From Chara braunii (lineage: Eukaryota; Plantae; Charophyceae): a stretch of 61,075 nt of DNA. The notes under the pieces are model-generated. The model was not told where the DNA came from, did no database searches, and saw nothing but the letters and a program-made list of their open reading frames with translations. Every line of letters begins with the position of its first letter. Within the stretch, counting starts at the first letter, position 1. The stretch covers positions 3,892,803 to 3,953,877 of the forward strand of contig BFEA01000041.1 in the NCBI GenBank assembly GCA_003427395.1. Reading direction: 5' to 3'. Made by a program: the position numbers and the translations under genes. Of the stretch, positions 48,359 to 61,075 are shown in pieces.

Positions 48359-48531
48359 AGGTAATTATGCACTAGCAGAACGAATATTGACGAAAGGTAG
48401 GTGATACTTAGTTTTTTATTTCAAAAATTTCAATATTTTAAATTATAGAGAAAATGGATCGTGGTCGGGGAACCTCACAATCGACTTAGAAGGAACTGGG
48501 GCATGTAGCCAACTTTGGCTGCGTTGGAAGC

Positions 48532-48640
48532 TACTGTTTTTACCCGAATAGAATGCCCAATTATTCTAGCCATATTTGGATTAAAAATTATATTGAGTAC
48601 GACTATAATGACCAGACATTCTATTTGGGTGAAGACAGTA
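48532..48640. mobile_element. Palindromic MITE, copy 3 (older); further degenerate copies near 39740-39960
   Basis: TA-CTGTTTTTACCCGAATAGAATGCCC...CATTCTATTTGGGTGAAGACAG-TA. Confidence 0.8.
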
Positions 48641-50236
48641 GGTCCAATATCCCAACCATTCATAATAAAGAGACTTCCTACGTAGTGAACCGTAAAATCC
48701 AATTCTATTACTTTTTTTTTTAATCACCCAAATTTTGCTTATTCAAACCAGTGTAACACTAGGTTACTAATACGTTAGTCTAATTTGGTGTAAAAACAGT
48801 CTCGGTCAGACGAACTTCACTTAAGAGTTATAAAACACTTTTTAACTTTGTGGACTCAGTAGCCATGGGGTTAAAATCAGTTTTCCTTCTAATGTTTACA
48901 AGTATTTTGCCCTAAGTCAACGTATTTAAGGGCCACTTAAATCCTTTGTTTGGATTTTTAGGGGTTTTCATCCAATTAACTTTGGTAACCAGTCAAATTT
49001 TATTAGTGTAATTTTTTGTTCTTCAATAGTTATTATTTTTCCCTTGAACATCTTCGCATTCCTTGCACTCTTTATCACTTTCATGATTAAGCGATTGCCA
49101 GACATTATTTTATAACCTCTACCTGAGCTAAGACATAAGTCTGCAAAAATCATACCCCCCGTTTGATATCATCTATCAATGTTTTTTCCACCATTCCAAC
49201 ACCTCACCAAACAGTGGGTAGTAAAGGCACAAGCGCTTCATAAACTTCCACCCCATGAACAACATAAGCAGAAGGTGGAGATCTCAATATCTTTAGGTGA
49301 AAGTTGCAAAGCATAATGTGTTATCACCAAACAATGCAACCACATTATGATTGCTTACTTTTCTTTTTCAAAATTTTATCCATTTGCTTATTATTTGTCC
49401 TATGTAGTATCAAGTTAAGATGCATTTGCGTAATTTTTTTAATTTTTTTGTTTTTTCTTACTGCAACTCTTACTTTTTTGAAGAAGATTATCATCGAGAC
49501 TAGAAACCTTCCTACCTCTCTACCAACATCTAGCTAAATATTAATAATTCAACTCTTAATTAGTTAACATCTCCCAACAATGATGCAAATGTACACACTT
49601 GTTTTTCAAAAAAAAATTCTTGTACTAAGAGTTTTACTTCTTTGGTGTTCTCAATTGGTATGGACACCCTTTCCTCTAAGTTTTGATATTTAAAAGTTTG
49701 AGGGGTGCATTCCATTTCTCAAACCAGCACCTTCATTCCTTCCCTCATCTCGGGGTTCAACATTTTTTAAATATTTCGGGCATCCCCAAAATATCTTACC
49801 CAAGTTCCCACAGTTCTTTTGTGAACTCTCCCTCATCAACTAACTCCAAGACTGGTGTAGCGTTTCTAATAGATTGTAGATCGAAAATGGAATTGTGTCG
49901 TTCTTTGGGGTTCCGAACGTTCTACGTATTTATTACTCTCAAGTCATCTCATTTGTCTCTACCTTAAATAACTTTCTTCTTTATCCAAGAGGTATTGAAA
50001 TTGTCTACAAATTTTATAGTGAAAAGAGAGTGTGGTGTTGCAAGAGAAACGATTATAAAAAACGTTCGGTTTGAGACATTCATGTATTGTACAAGAAAGT
50101 TTTATTACGAGGGTTTTAACTTGTTTTAAGCAACATAATACTTCACAAAGTATGAGATTTGAGTCTATATTATGTAAAAAAAATGAAATTATAAGACAAT
50201 ATTCATACTATGTCTCATTTGACAGTTACCATTTTT

Positions 50237-50601
50237 CTAGGTTACCAATGGTCCAGAGACCGGACGTCTCCCCCAAACATTTCCCCCATACGTCCGCTAC
50301 CCCCATCATCCAGATTTTCGGACGACGGTTTTTTGGCTCTAAATAATATTTAAAAAAAAATAAAAAAATGACAATGTTGCGCATGCCCTAGAGACCCCCC
50401 ATAAAAATCTTCAGATTTTTCTGAGCATTTGGTGATAGGGTGGTATTTGGGTTAGGGGGGGTATGAGGGGTTTTGGTGGGGATCGGAGGGGTATCGATGG
50501 GGATTAGAATCTTTGAAGATTTTTATTGTTTATTCTACTTGCCCAAATGAGCCAAAAATTTGGTGACATACACCTTATGCAAGCTGATAGCCTTTTTTTT
50601 N

Positions 50602-50639
<38 letters not shown>

Positions 50640-50740
50640 ATAGGTCGGATATACCCTGTCCGGTCCAACGTCCGACCAGACGTCCGGTCAGACATCCCAG
50701 ACGGTCAGGGGGATCCCGGACGTCCAATCAGATAACCTAT
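50237..50740. mobile_element. hAT-type MITE
   Basis: Termini CTAGGTTA...TAACCTAT, flanks CCATTTTT/CCATTTTA (8 bp, 1 mismatch), subterminal GGACGTCC motifs. Confidence 0.65.
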
Positions 50741-52559
50741 CCATTTTAAGCATAAAATATACTATATAATTCTAACCTATAACTTATCGTCTGTTCTTTA
50801 CATAAAATATACTACCATTCTAGACCGTAAATTATACTCATAATCTAATATTGCTTAAACTATCCACTTACATAAGCGATTCACAGGGACCCAGACTATT
50901 CAGCCCTGGTTAACCCCCTCTACCCTGAAAAGGAAGATCATTTGTTTTAGTTTTTTCTGTTTTTTTTCTTTTGCCCTGTTTTATTTTTGGTCACGGTCTG
51001 TGTGTGCCAAGTTTGGTGTTTGTTTGGGTCTTGGAGTTGACTGTTTTGGCTAGCCTTGAAAAATCTTGAAAATCCTGAAAACTAAAAGAAGTGAATTTTG
51101 CATAAAAACATACTTTTGGGTTGCTGTTTTGTAGGTTTTTTAAGTGGTTTTTTTTTTTTTTTTTTTTACCCCAATGCTCTGTTTTCTGACATTCGATTCT
51201 GGAGATCAACGGGTAGAAATTAAGAAGGCGGTCACATGGGACCTGACCTCCATGTGTGGCTTTTACATGCATGTACTGATGTCTATGGACGTGCAAACTC
51301 GTGTGTGTGTAGCTAGACACAATGTGAAGTGCTCTATTCAAGGTAGCCTGGGACCTTACAATTTTAGACCTGGAAATGTTGGGGCCATTACCCAGATTTG
51401 GCTAGGTATGAAATTTACTCTAAATTGGGTTTGGTGTCCCTCTCCTATTCGACTACTTTTTCAAATTGACACATTAAACCACCAGTACTTCCTGAAGTCG
51501 TGCTACAAGCCACAATTTTAGGAAACGTACGGGCCACCACAAGAGCGCCCAAATTCATCCGACTAGAAATGTTTGTACTATATTTTTTCCCTCGGCCAAT
51601 ACCACAACCTGAAAGGGGGAATGATACCTGCTCCTCTCACTACTTTAGACCTTACACAAAAATCTTTTGTTTTTTTTTTCGAATAGCCCATGTGTAAAAC
51701 CCTCTATCTCGGCGGTGGTAAGAGAACCGTCAGGATTGAGGGTTTCTCTGTCGGGCTGCTCCATCTATTGGTGGGGAGCCGCACCTGCTGGAAACCGGGT
51801 TCAGTGTTCCATTGATACATCTTATAACAAAGAGATTGTTGTTTGTTGTTCTCCTGGGGTTGTGGGCTTTTAACTTCTCGGACCCGGGTCTCCAATGTCC
51901 CATGGAGTTGCTAATGACGCCCTACCTTTCTTAGAGCACCCCTTATTTATTAGCCCAGTGCTATTCAACAGCCCCTGTGGTATGCCTGGCCTATTTGAAC
52001 CCTTAAATGCTCCTGACCTTCGTGGTCCTTGAAGCTTGGACTGCAGGCTGCATCTCACCTTCCAAGAATAAGATTAGGCAGGTATATTTGTTGTTGTAGC
52101 CTAAATTACTTGCCTGCTTGATATCATTAGGTAGGTGACTGTAAACTCAGATCTCATGAGTCGCCTTTTATAGCTAGAAGCTGACAAAAGCGTAGTGTAT
52201 GTGGTTCTTGTGTAGCCAGTATGACTAGGGTTATGTATTGCAGGAGCTTGTAGTAACTATCCTGACTTTACGAAGACAGTACGATACCTAATTCAGCCCT
52301 TTGTCACGTGGGGCTTCGCATTACAGCCTATGATTGAACTTGACATACTTGCACGTTGTCACACCCTTTCAATCATGAATAGTTACCTGGTGCTACGCTT
52401 TGTTCCTGTGCAGCGTGTTGAGCTTCATTCACCTGCAGTGAACTGGACGACATCCGCACTGAGTCTCTTTCTCTCTCGAGTTCTAATCTGGATCGGTGAG
52501 CCCCCTGTCCCTTTCCACGAACCCCATCTTTTCTGCCTGCCGATGAGCATCCTCCGGTG

Positions 52560-52669
52560 TCACTGCAGTCTTGATGGTGATGGTCTTTCAATGTCATCGT
52601 CGGGGTTGAGGCGGGGGGAGAGGGGGGAGAGTGGTGGGGTAAGCGGGGGGGAGTTTATCAGGCTAGGAA

Positions 52670-52700
<31 letters not shown>

Positions 52701-53753
52701 CATCTCGAGCACAGAAGGTTGGGGTGGAGTAGCAAGTGGGGTATCCGTTGGCATTGGAGGGGGTGGCGGCGGGGTTAGAGGAGGAGAGGACATTGGGAGT
52801 GGGGGCGGGGGAGGGGATCGATGGTGGGGAATGTGATGGGGGAAAGGGCGTCTTAAGCGAGGGGAGGGGTGATTGGGGGCCTACTCCCCCTGGGGTCTGG
52901 GTTGTTGGGCTTGCTATCAAGGGCCTTGACACCATTGCCCCTATTGTTTAGCCTGGTAGAGGGGTAGGAAAGATGTGAGGCGGTTGGAAGGACCACTGAT
53001 CCTCTTGCGCTGCCCAGTTATTCCATATCAGCTTTCCATTATCCTGCACTTCTGCTATCTTTTCGTGGGGATCGATCCAGAGTTCCCGGAAGGTTGTAAT
53101 GGCCTGTTGTTTACTTTCACTGTCCGGCCTTGCGGTCAACACTTCAGCCAATTTTCTGCTGGCTTTCAACAAGCTTGCCTGGAGGACCTCCACCAGCTCT
53201 GCTTTAGCTTGGTGATAGCCAAAGGCTGCATCTTGGTGTTCCCCCGAGCATCTCATTCGCCATATTACCATGAGTACTGCCAACCGCATATGTTTGAACA
53301 GGTTTCGTTGGAAGGGGGTCCAGGCTGTCGGAAAGTTTCTTCGTTTTCCCAAGAGGATGAGTGCAATGTCCCTGTGAAACACGGTGTCTGTGAGGGCATG
53401 CCACATTGCATCCCACCATTGTCGAACCCTTATTGCCATCGGGCATGCAAGCAAAAAGTGTTCCAGGCTACGTGGCACCCTGGGCCGCGGCCGCAGAATC
53501 CGAGTCCACGACCAGGATCCTAGGCCGCGGGCCCGCGGCCGAGTCCGCGCGCGGCCGCGCCACGCCTAGGCGGGGGCGCTCGCTCGAAATCTGCGCGTGC
53601 GCTCGGCCTGCGCACGTCGGCCGCTGCCGGCCAGCATTAAAAAAAAAAAAAAAAAAATCAAAAATTTGGGAAGGTTGTTTTTGATAGGTAGCAGAAAAAT
53701 AGTAAAAAATAAAAAAACAATAAATATTCATTTATTGATTGTTTTTTTTTATC

Positions 53754-53801
<48 letters not shown>

Positions 53802-54743
53802 ATTGATTGATTGATTGATGATTGATTGATTGATTGATTAATTGATTGATTGATTGATTGATTGATCGATGGTTTTTTTTTTTTTGATTGATTNNNNNNN
53901 NNNNNNNNNNNNNNNNNNNNNNNNNNNNNNNNNNNNNNNNNNNNNNNNNNNNNNNNNNNNNNNNNNNNNNNNNNNNNNNNNNNNNNNNNNNNNNNNNNNN
54001 NNNNNNNNNNNNNNNNNNNNNNNNNNNNNNNNNNNNNNNNNNNNNNNNNNNNNNNNNNNNNNNNNNNNNNNNNNNNNNNNNNNNNNNNNNNNNNNNNNNN
54101 NNNNNNNNNNNNNNNNNNNNNNNNNNNNNNNNNNNNNNNNNNNNNNNNNNNNNNNNNNNNNNNNNNNNNNNNNNNNNNNNNNNNNNNNNNNNNNNNNNNN
54201 NNNNNNNNNNNNNNNNNNNNNNNNNNNNNNNNNNNNNNNNNNNNNNNNNNNNNNNNNNNNNNNNNNNNNNNNNNNNNNNNNNNNNNNNNNNNNNNNNNNN
54301 NNNNNNNNNNNNNNNNNNNNNNNNNNNNNNNNNNNNNNNNNNNNNNNNNNNNNNNNNNNNNNNNNNNNNNNNNNNNNNNNNNNNNNNNNNNNNNNNNNNN
54401 NNNNNNNNNNNNNNNNNNNNNNNNNNNNNNNNNNNNNNNNNNNNNNNNNNNNNNNNNNNNNNNNNNNNNNNNNNNNNNNNNNNNNNNNNNNNNNNNNNNN
54501 NNNNNNNNNNNNNNNNNNNNNNNNNNNNNNNNNNNNNNNNNNNNNNNNNNNNNNNNNNNNNNNNNNNNNNNNNNNNNNNNNNNNNNNNNNNNNNNNNNNN
54601 NNNNNNNNNNNNNNNNNNNNNNNNNNNNNNNNNNNNNNNNNNNNNNNNNNNNNNNNNNNNNNNNNNNNNNNNNNNNNNNNNNNNNNNNNNNNNNNNNNNN
54701 NNNNNNNNNNNNNNNNNNNNNNNNNNNNNNNNNNNNNNNNNNN

Positions 54744-54822
<79 letters not shown>

Positions 54823-54975
54823 GATCAGCGCAACATCAACACGCACTCCCATTTGCGCGCGCGTGCATGCAAGATCAGCACAGCATGAGCAAACAATGTA
54901 CATTCCGATACATACAAGATGGCACGAAGTGGCACAAAGAGAAGATCTGATCTGATCGGGACTGACCCGACATCG

Positions 54976-55013
<38 letters not shown>

Positions 55014-58000
55014 CCCTTTTTTTTGTTACTTGATTTGAAATTTTGCATCTTTATTTTTTTAAAACACCTGATTTCCCTGCAAAAAACAAAAATCCAATTC
55101 AAAAAAAAATACAGGTGTGCTCAGGGACCATATACCTCATGATAAAAAATGGCAAAAAAACATTCCTGCTTTTCTTTATATATATATATTTTTAATTTTG
55201 TTTAAAATCATTTGATTTTTCAATTTTTAAAAAATTTTAAACAAAGTCGGATTCCAAAAAAACAAATATAGGAGTGTAGGGTTTTTCAAGCCCTACACCC
55301 CCATTTTTTTTATTTTATTTTTTTACGTATTTTCAAGGGGAGAAAAAAATATTGAAAAACCGGGCTGCGGACTGGGCCTCATTGGCCGCGGCCGAGGCCG
55401 AGAATCTCGGCCGCAGTGGCCGAAATGCCCGCGGCCTAGGCCGCGGGTGTCACATTGGTTCCAGGTCAACTCTGCGACTTTCAGTGTCAGGCCCTCATTG
55501 GGAGCAGATAGGGGACAGGACGCCTGCTTGTTCCAGGCTAGATCTGGAGGTTACCCAATCCGGACTCGGGAGGCAGCGGTGCATTATTTGCCATTGCAAT
55601 GCTCTATGGGAGGTGGGCATTATGTGTGCATAGGTTGTCCATGGAATATGCCGCAAGCTTCAAGTTTCCTCTTCTACCAGGGAATACCTCTTCCATCTTT
55701 GTTGAACTATCTGTGTGGATGGGTGTAGGTCATGGGCCCGCTTATAGCCCTTTTTTGTTGTGTATTGCCAGATGGAGGTGGGGTTTTAACCCGCCCATTC
55801 CCACTCTTCCGGGTCGAAGGGAAGCGTGTATAGTAGGCATAATAGCCTGTATCTTTTGTCCCCACCGCTCTGATTCTGGTGAGTTCATCAGCCGCAATTG
55901 TGCAGTCCAAGTTCGGGACCCTTTTCAGGGTTGCCCACCTCGTCCCCTGTACGTCAGGTTCGTATGTGTGTGTTATCACACTTGCATGTGTATTGTGGAC
56001 CACCCTAAAAATGGTCATGGGGATGGGTTTTGTGCTGGCCCGGTTGACCCAGTCTAGGCTGCGCAACGACGGACCGTCCCGTAAGGCAGCCACCCATGGG
56101 GGCAGAATCACTTCGCGAAACTGTTTGAGTTTGTCGTGAATATTTCGTATTGCTTTAAGATTTGATTGCAGTTGTTCTGCAGACCTCCACGTCCCTATCT
56201 GGCAGTCCCACAGATCCCCAATTGCGAATATGCCTTTTCTTACCCATATGAGTCAGTGGGAGTCGGTGGACAGGGCGAAGGGCTGCCCAACATTGTCGCA
56301 AATGTGCGGGTTCCCAAACACTGGTTGTCACAAAATTTCTTCTGCCCTATTTGGGGGGGCCTTTTGGGTCGGCCCCATCTTCCTCCACAGGCCCAGCATT
56401 ATGATCCACACGGGTCATATTTTAGGTCCCATCTGACTCTGTTTCACGAGGAGTCATCCCTCTTATGTCGCGGGGGGCTTGGTAAAGACCAAGCCATGTT
56501 TGTCGGCCAACTGAGGGGGTGAATCGGGCGATGGGGGGGGGGAGGGGGGTGCAAGGTTAGCCAACTGGATATAAGCGAGAGGGAGCCATGAGAGGTCATT
56601 GGCCAACAACAGGCGGGTGATAATCTTGAACATTAGGGTTTTGATTTTGTCCCCTAAGTCCAATATGTCGAGGCCTCCCATTCGCTTTGGTTGGGTGATG
56701 AATTTTCACGTGACTTTTTTAATGCAACGCGTGTTGTCGTGGTCATTTCTCCAAAGATAAGTTAACAGGGTTGACCTCATGTGCGTTAGTTGTCTTAGGG
56801 ATTTCCCAAAATATTGTTTTATACTAAATGGTTGCGAGGATTGCGTTGTTAATCGCTAGTGCCCTCCCTACTAGCGATGTATGGAGGCCGTCCCATTTGG
56901 CAAGTCTCTACGGGGAATCTGGACCAGCGCTTGGCCATGATCAGACGGTGGGCCCAGTCCCCAAGATTCTGATTACTTCCTCTTTTTGCCGCCAGTTGAC
57001 TGACGGGTCTTGCGGGGGCTATGTATCATGTGGGGACAACCACCACCCCTCTGTCTTAGTCCCCAAATTGACCTTCATGTCAGTCGCCACTGCGAAGATG
57101 TGGATTGTGTCCGTCAATGTTTTTAAGGATGCCTCAGAGGCCCTGATGAGAACTGTCAGGTCATTAGCAAACAGTGACGTAACTAGTACCATATGGGGAG
57201 GGATTTTCGGCGCATCTTTGCGTTCAATTTCAAGGTTGGCTCGGATCAATGCCGCCAGTGCTTCCATTATGAGCACAAAGAGTAGAGGGGTCATAGGGTC
57301 TCCTTGTCTAACCGATCTGTGAAGGGCGAATAGTGCAGACAAGTGACCGTTGACCATGATATTGGTTGCTGCTGACATGTGCATGAAGGACACCCATGAT
57401 CTAAAAGAGTCTCCGAAGTTCATTTTTTGTAGGCAGCAATCCATAAAATCCCAATCCACATGGTCGTAAGCCTTTTCAAAGTTTATAAAAAGGACTGCGA
57501 CTTCCTTTTGCTGTTGCCTCGCATATTTGATAGACTCATTCACCAGGATCACATTGTCTTGGATGTTGCATTGTGGCATAAATCCTGTCTGGTACTGGTA
57601 AATCAGGTGGTTCATGTGTGGAAGTAGACGGTTGGTCAGGGCTTCAGAAACCATTTTACAGGGCAAGGGAAGGAGTGTGATCGGTCTATAGTTTCAGACA
57701 TCCTTTTATCCTCTTTCTTATAGAAGAGTGTGGTAACCCCTTGACCAATCAGTCCCTCGAAGGTCCCCTCGGACTGCACCGCCTATACATAGTCTTGCAG
57801 ACTGTCGTGGAAGATTACCCAGTACTGGATCCAAAATTCCTTGGAGTCAAGTCCCGAGTTTTTCTCGTCCTCCATCACCCTTAAGGTTTCCAACAGTTCC
57901 TCTATACATAGTGGTGCATCCAATAGTTGTAGTTGGGCCGTTGATAGCATTACTGGTAAGTTGTGGAGCATCTTGTGCCTAGCCGCAACCAGCTATTTCA

Positions 58001-60075
58001 CCCCCCATTAGTCAGATTCAGAGGCATACAACTTTTGATAGAATCAACTTTCGATAGAATCGGGCTACATAGTCGACGATGGAGTACCAGTCGTTAGTTG
58101 TGTCTGGCTGGGATCGGTCGAAGGGGTGTCGGAGTGAGGGCACCACCACCTGCCTAGCCATGGCCTTTGCCTTCCGGAAGAAGGTCTTCGCCATTGTGCC
58201 ATCTGTGTCCTGCCTCCTTATGCGTGTCTGGATTCGCCACGCCTCGGATTGTGCATCTATATAGGTTTGTAGGTGGTCCCTAACAGACTGGAGTTTGTGG
58301 TAAGTCGTATCGTCCAGGGGTTCATCCTGCAACTTTTCATCCCAGGATTCCAATTCTTTCAGCAGGCTGTCCAGTACTGCTTTGCGGTCTCGGGCGTGGT
58401 TGATCGAATTTTTTTTTACGGCGTCTCTGAGTTGTGTCACTCCATCGTTTAACCAGTCCACTATTGAGTGAGCACTAGCTTTTTGTGATACCCAGTAGTT
58501 CCAGAATTTTTGGACCAACGTTTTTAGGGATAACAGTTTAAAAAGCGATGTATTGAATTTATAAAAGCTCGGACCTTTTTCAATTTGAGAGTAAAAGGAA
58601 AGGCCCATCACGATCTCATGATGGTCAAAGGACTTGCATGCACTAAAGAGCACGATGGTTGCTACCGTCAGTGTCCCAACCAATTCTTCAGAGATGAAAA
58701 ATAGGTCTATCATAGAGTTAGACCTCCCCGCTAGCCCTCTAGATCTCATACATGTATATGCTCTTTTGGCCGGGTTGAGTAGCCTATAAGTATCTTTTAG
58801 TTGCAGGGAGGTCATAAACCTCGTCAGCATATCTACGTCCGGAGCCCATCTGCCATGGTGTTGTTCCCCTCCATCCCCACGGGAGAAGGATCTTTTGTCC
58901 AACAGCGGATCTGGGGTGATATCGAAGTCCCCCACTAGAATGAGTGGCAGGCCTGTGGGCAGTTCATCATGGAGGCGATGTAGAAAGTCCACTTTTTCTG
59001 TGTGGTCATTCGGACCGTAGATACTCACTATGCATATTTCCTCATCCCCCAATGCAGCTTTGAGGCAAATCAATCGACCCTCTTGCTGATCATACTCATA
59101 TGACACAGGTTTTAGTCTTGATGAGGGTGAAATCCATATGGCCACTCCCGTTGAAGCCCATATGGCCATACCCATTTTCCTTTAGCTTGGCATGCGGGTG
59201 AATGGGTAAGGTGGGTCTCATGCACGCAGATTGCGTCTGGCCAGCTCCCAGTCCCTTCTGGCTTAAACATCCCCCAAATTGCATCTTTTTTTTTCCTGAG
59301 TGGCCTGTGCGAGACCGTTCAAATTCAACGCTCTGATGTCCAGATTTGCCTGTGCCACTTTTCTCATCCATTCCGGGGGACGCCTCAGCGGAGGAGAGAT
59401 GCGGGGGTCCGGGGGGCATGCGGGGGGGGGTTAGGGGGGGTTGGTGGTTTAAATGACGTGCAGTCCATGATTTTTTATCCTTCCATACTTGCCAGCTTTC
59501 AAGTAGGCGGCAGTGTACGACCCATCCCTCATTGGCTTGTGAGTTGTAGGCGGGGTTTCCTGCTTTGCAAGAGAGGTTGGTGCATGGGCAGTGCATGCAG
59601 AGGGGCAGACTCTTGCTCGAAGTCTTCGTCCAATTTTGAGCCCCCAGTGTCATCATACTGGTCATATTGTTGTTCGTTGTCATGGTCGCCATCTGTTATC
59701 AGGTTTACCACTTGGTCGGCACAGTCAACCGTCCTTGTTGGCTCCAACGGCCCAGCTGCAGGGGAGGCCAATAGATTATCGGGGATCTTTAGTAGCATTG
59801 GAGGCTAAGGTTGGGCCTGCACCATCTGACCCCCTTAGCTACTATGGTGAAGAACGGATCCAATATCTTGCACCAGCACTGATGGCCAAAACTGGTCATC
59901 CTCCGTGCGGAGACCTGGCTTCCCTTGGCAACCCCCGAACGCTGTCATTTGCGTGGATGTGGTGTACCCTGCTGTTTTTCGATTAAGTTCTTCGAGCAGT
60001 TTGTTAACTGCCGCAATGATGGTTTTCGCTACCAATCCCCAGTCTATTTCCTCCATCTTGCTGTATTGATTCACT
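52560..60075 (-). mobile_element. Near full-length decayed L1/Tx1-like LINE: APE endonuclease (58018-59175), RT (about 57000-57970), C-terminal region (52948-53470 and 55454-56700)
   Basis: APE motifs GVAIWI, SIYGPN, LILVGDFD, IDLFFIS, SFDHHE. RT motifs QTGFMP..NIQDN, INFEKAYDHVDW, SVRQGDPMTPLLF, SLFANDL. C-terminus SLEHFLLAC...WWDA.W.ALT matches the LINE at 42245-45552. Boundaries are approximate. Confidence 0.92.
53472..55453. mobile_element. TIR element inserted into the LINE ORF2 zinc-finger region (spans an assembly gap)
   Basis: Ends GTGGCACCC...GGGTGTCAC with GGCCGCGG subterminal arrays. LINE coding sequence resumes on both sides. Confidence 0.65.
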
Positions 60076-60982
60076 GCTTGTTTAATTGTCTATTTTGTCT
60101 GGATTCTTCTCCGGATTTTCAATTTTTTTTTTGTAAGTAGTTATAAAGATCTCCACTCTATGAATTGGTGGTAAATTTGGTTAAAATGACCCTTGGGTTT
60201 TGTTATAAATGGTCTAACAAGTCGTCTGGAAATTGAGGCCTCCGTTAACCGTCTCTCTCCACTTAGTAAGCAAGGTAATTTTTTTATGAGTTGGATTTAA
60301 GATTTTTTGTCCCTTTTAAACCATCACACTATTGTCAGCCACTTAGTTCCAACGCGGCATGCGGTTCAAGTTTGAAGGGTGAGTCTACCTAAGCAAAATG
60401 ACTGGTAGTGCCAACGTAAAGTAGGCCTACACAATTTCATGTTCTTATGACAAGCAAATGTTTTTAGCATGTGGTAAAATTGACTCAAAAGTACTGGTGA
60501 TTTAAAATTTTGGTTCACCCACACTCTTCCAAACTTCTTTCCTCAAATAACTATGTTATTCGATTGCAGAGGACTTTCATAAATACTTCGTAAATATACG
60601 TTTGAGTTTTAATCGTTTTATATGTAACATCCCCCAACAGTTGAACACTCCGAGGAAACAAAAGCAAAAAGACGACTGCAAATGATAGAATAAAAAAACA
60701 TCCACAAATATAAAGTTGATATTTCTCTTTCCACCCCCCAATCATTGAAATTACTTTAACTGTCATCATGGTATTTAAAACACTTGAACAATAATAAAAT
60801 GAGATTTGAACTCCAAAATATTTATCAAATACAACAACAGATACTTGGCTCAAAGCCTAATCCATATACAACACATGCCGAGGAGGACAAGAAAAATAAT
60901 GTTATATCTCAACTTACTGAGGCGTTTGATAGCATATCATAGTAATCATGTACTTTTTACACTTGTCGTGAGGTTGGATGTT

Positions 60983-61075
<93 letters not shown>

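Noticed and set aside
53732-54984. Long ORFs in the ORF track (also 46201-47230)
   Set aside because: They are artefacts of N gaps and microsatellites.

Overview
This is eukaryotic nuclear DNA from a draft assembly (N gaps at 17345-17380, 38623-38691, 46451-46736 and 53894-54743, plus one Nextera adapter remnant). It is most likely a repeat-rich green-plant/streptophyte genome, inferred from the plant-type U6 snRNA, the 18S fragment and the mitochondrial fragments. The main host gene is a plus-strand Sel1-like repeat (SLR) gene spread over about 30 kb. It has at least six large coding exons (5762-6454, 9237-9893, 11684-12367, 27714-28388, 31363-31953, 35189-35847), every junction is phase 1, and four exons are paralogous SLR cassettes. 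A long acidic exon-like ORF (21425-22646, also ending at a phase-1 donor) lies in the largest intron, between matching hAT-like terminal inverted repeats. The rest is dominated by retroposed and transposed DNA. There are about 15 U6 snRNA copies, several with A-tails and target-site duplications, and one of them duplicated a splice donor. There is also a tRNA-derived SINE family, an 18S rRNA fragment, mitochondrial atp6/nad2/nad1 fragments, two decayed L1/Tx1-like LINEs, several MITE families, mini- and microsatellites. The most unusual signals are the very high density of U6 retrocopies, with signs of secondary amplification, and the modular symmetric-exon SLR architecture. All coordinates and alignments were read by eye.
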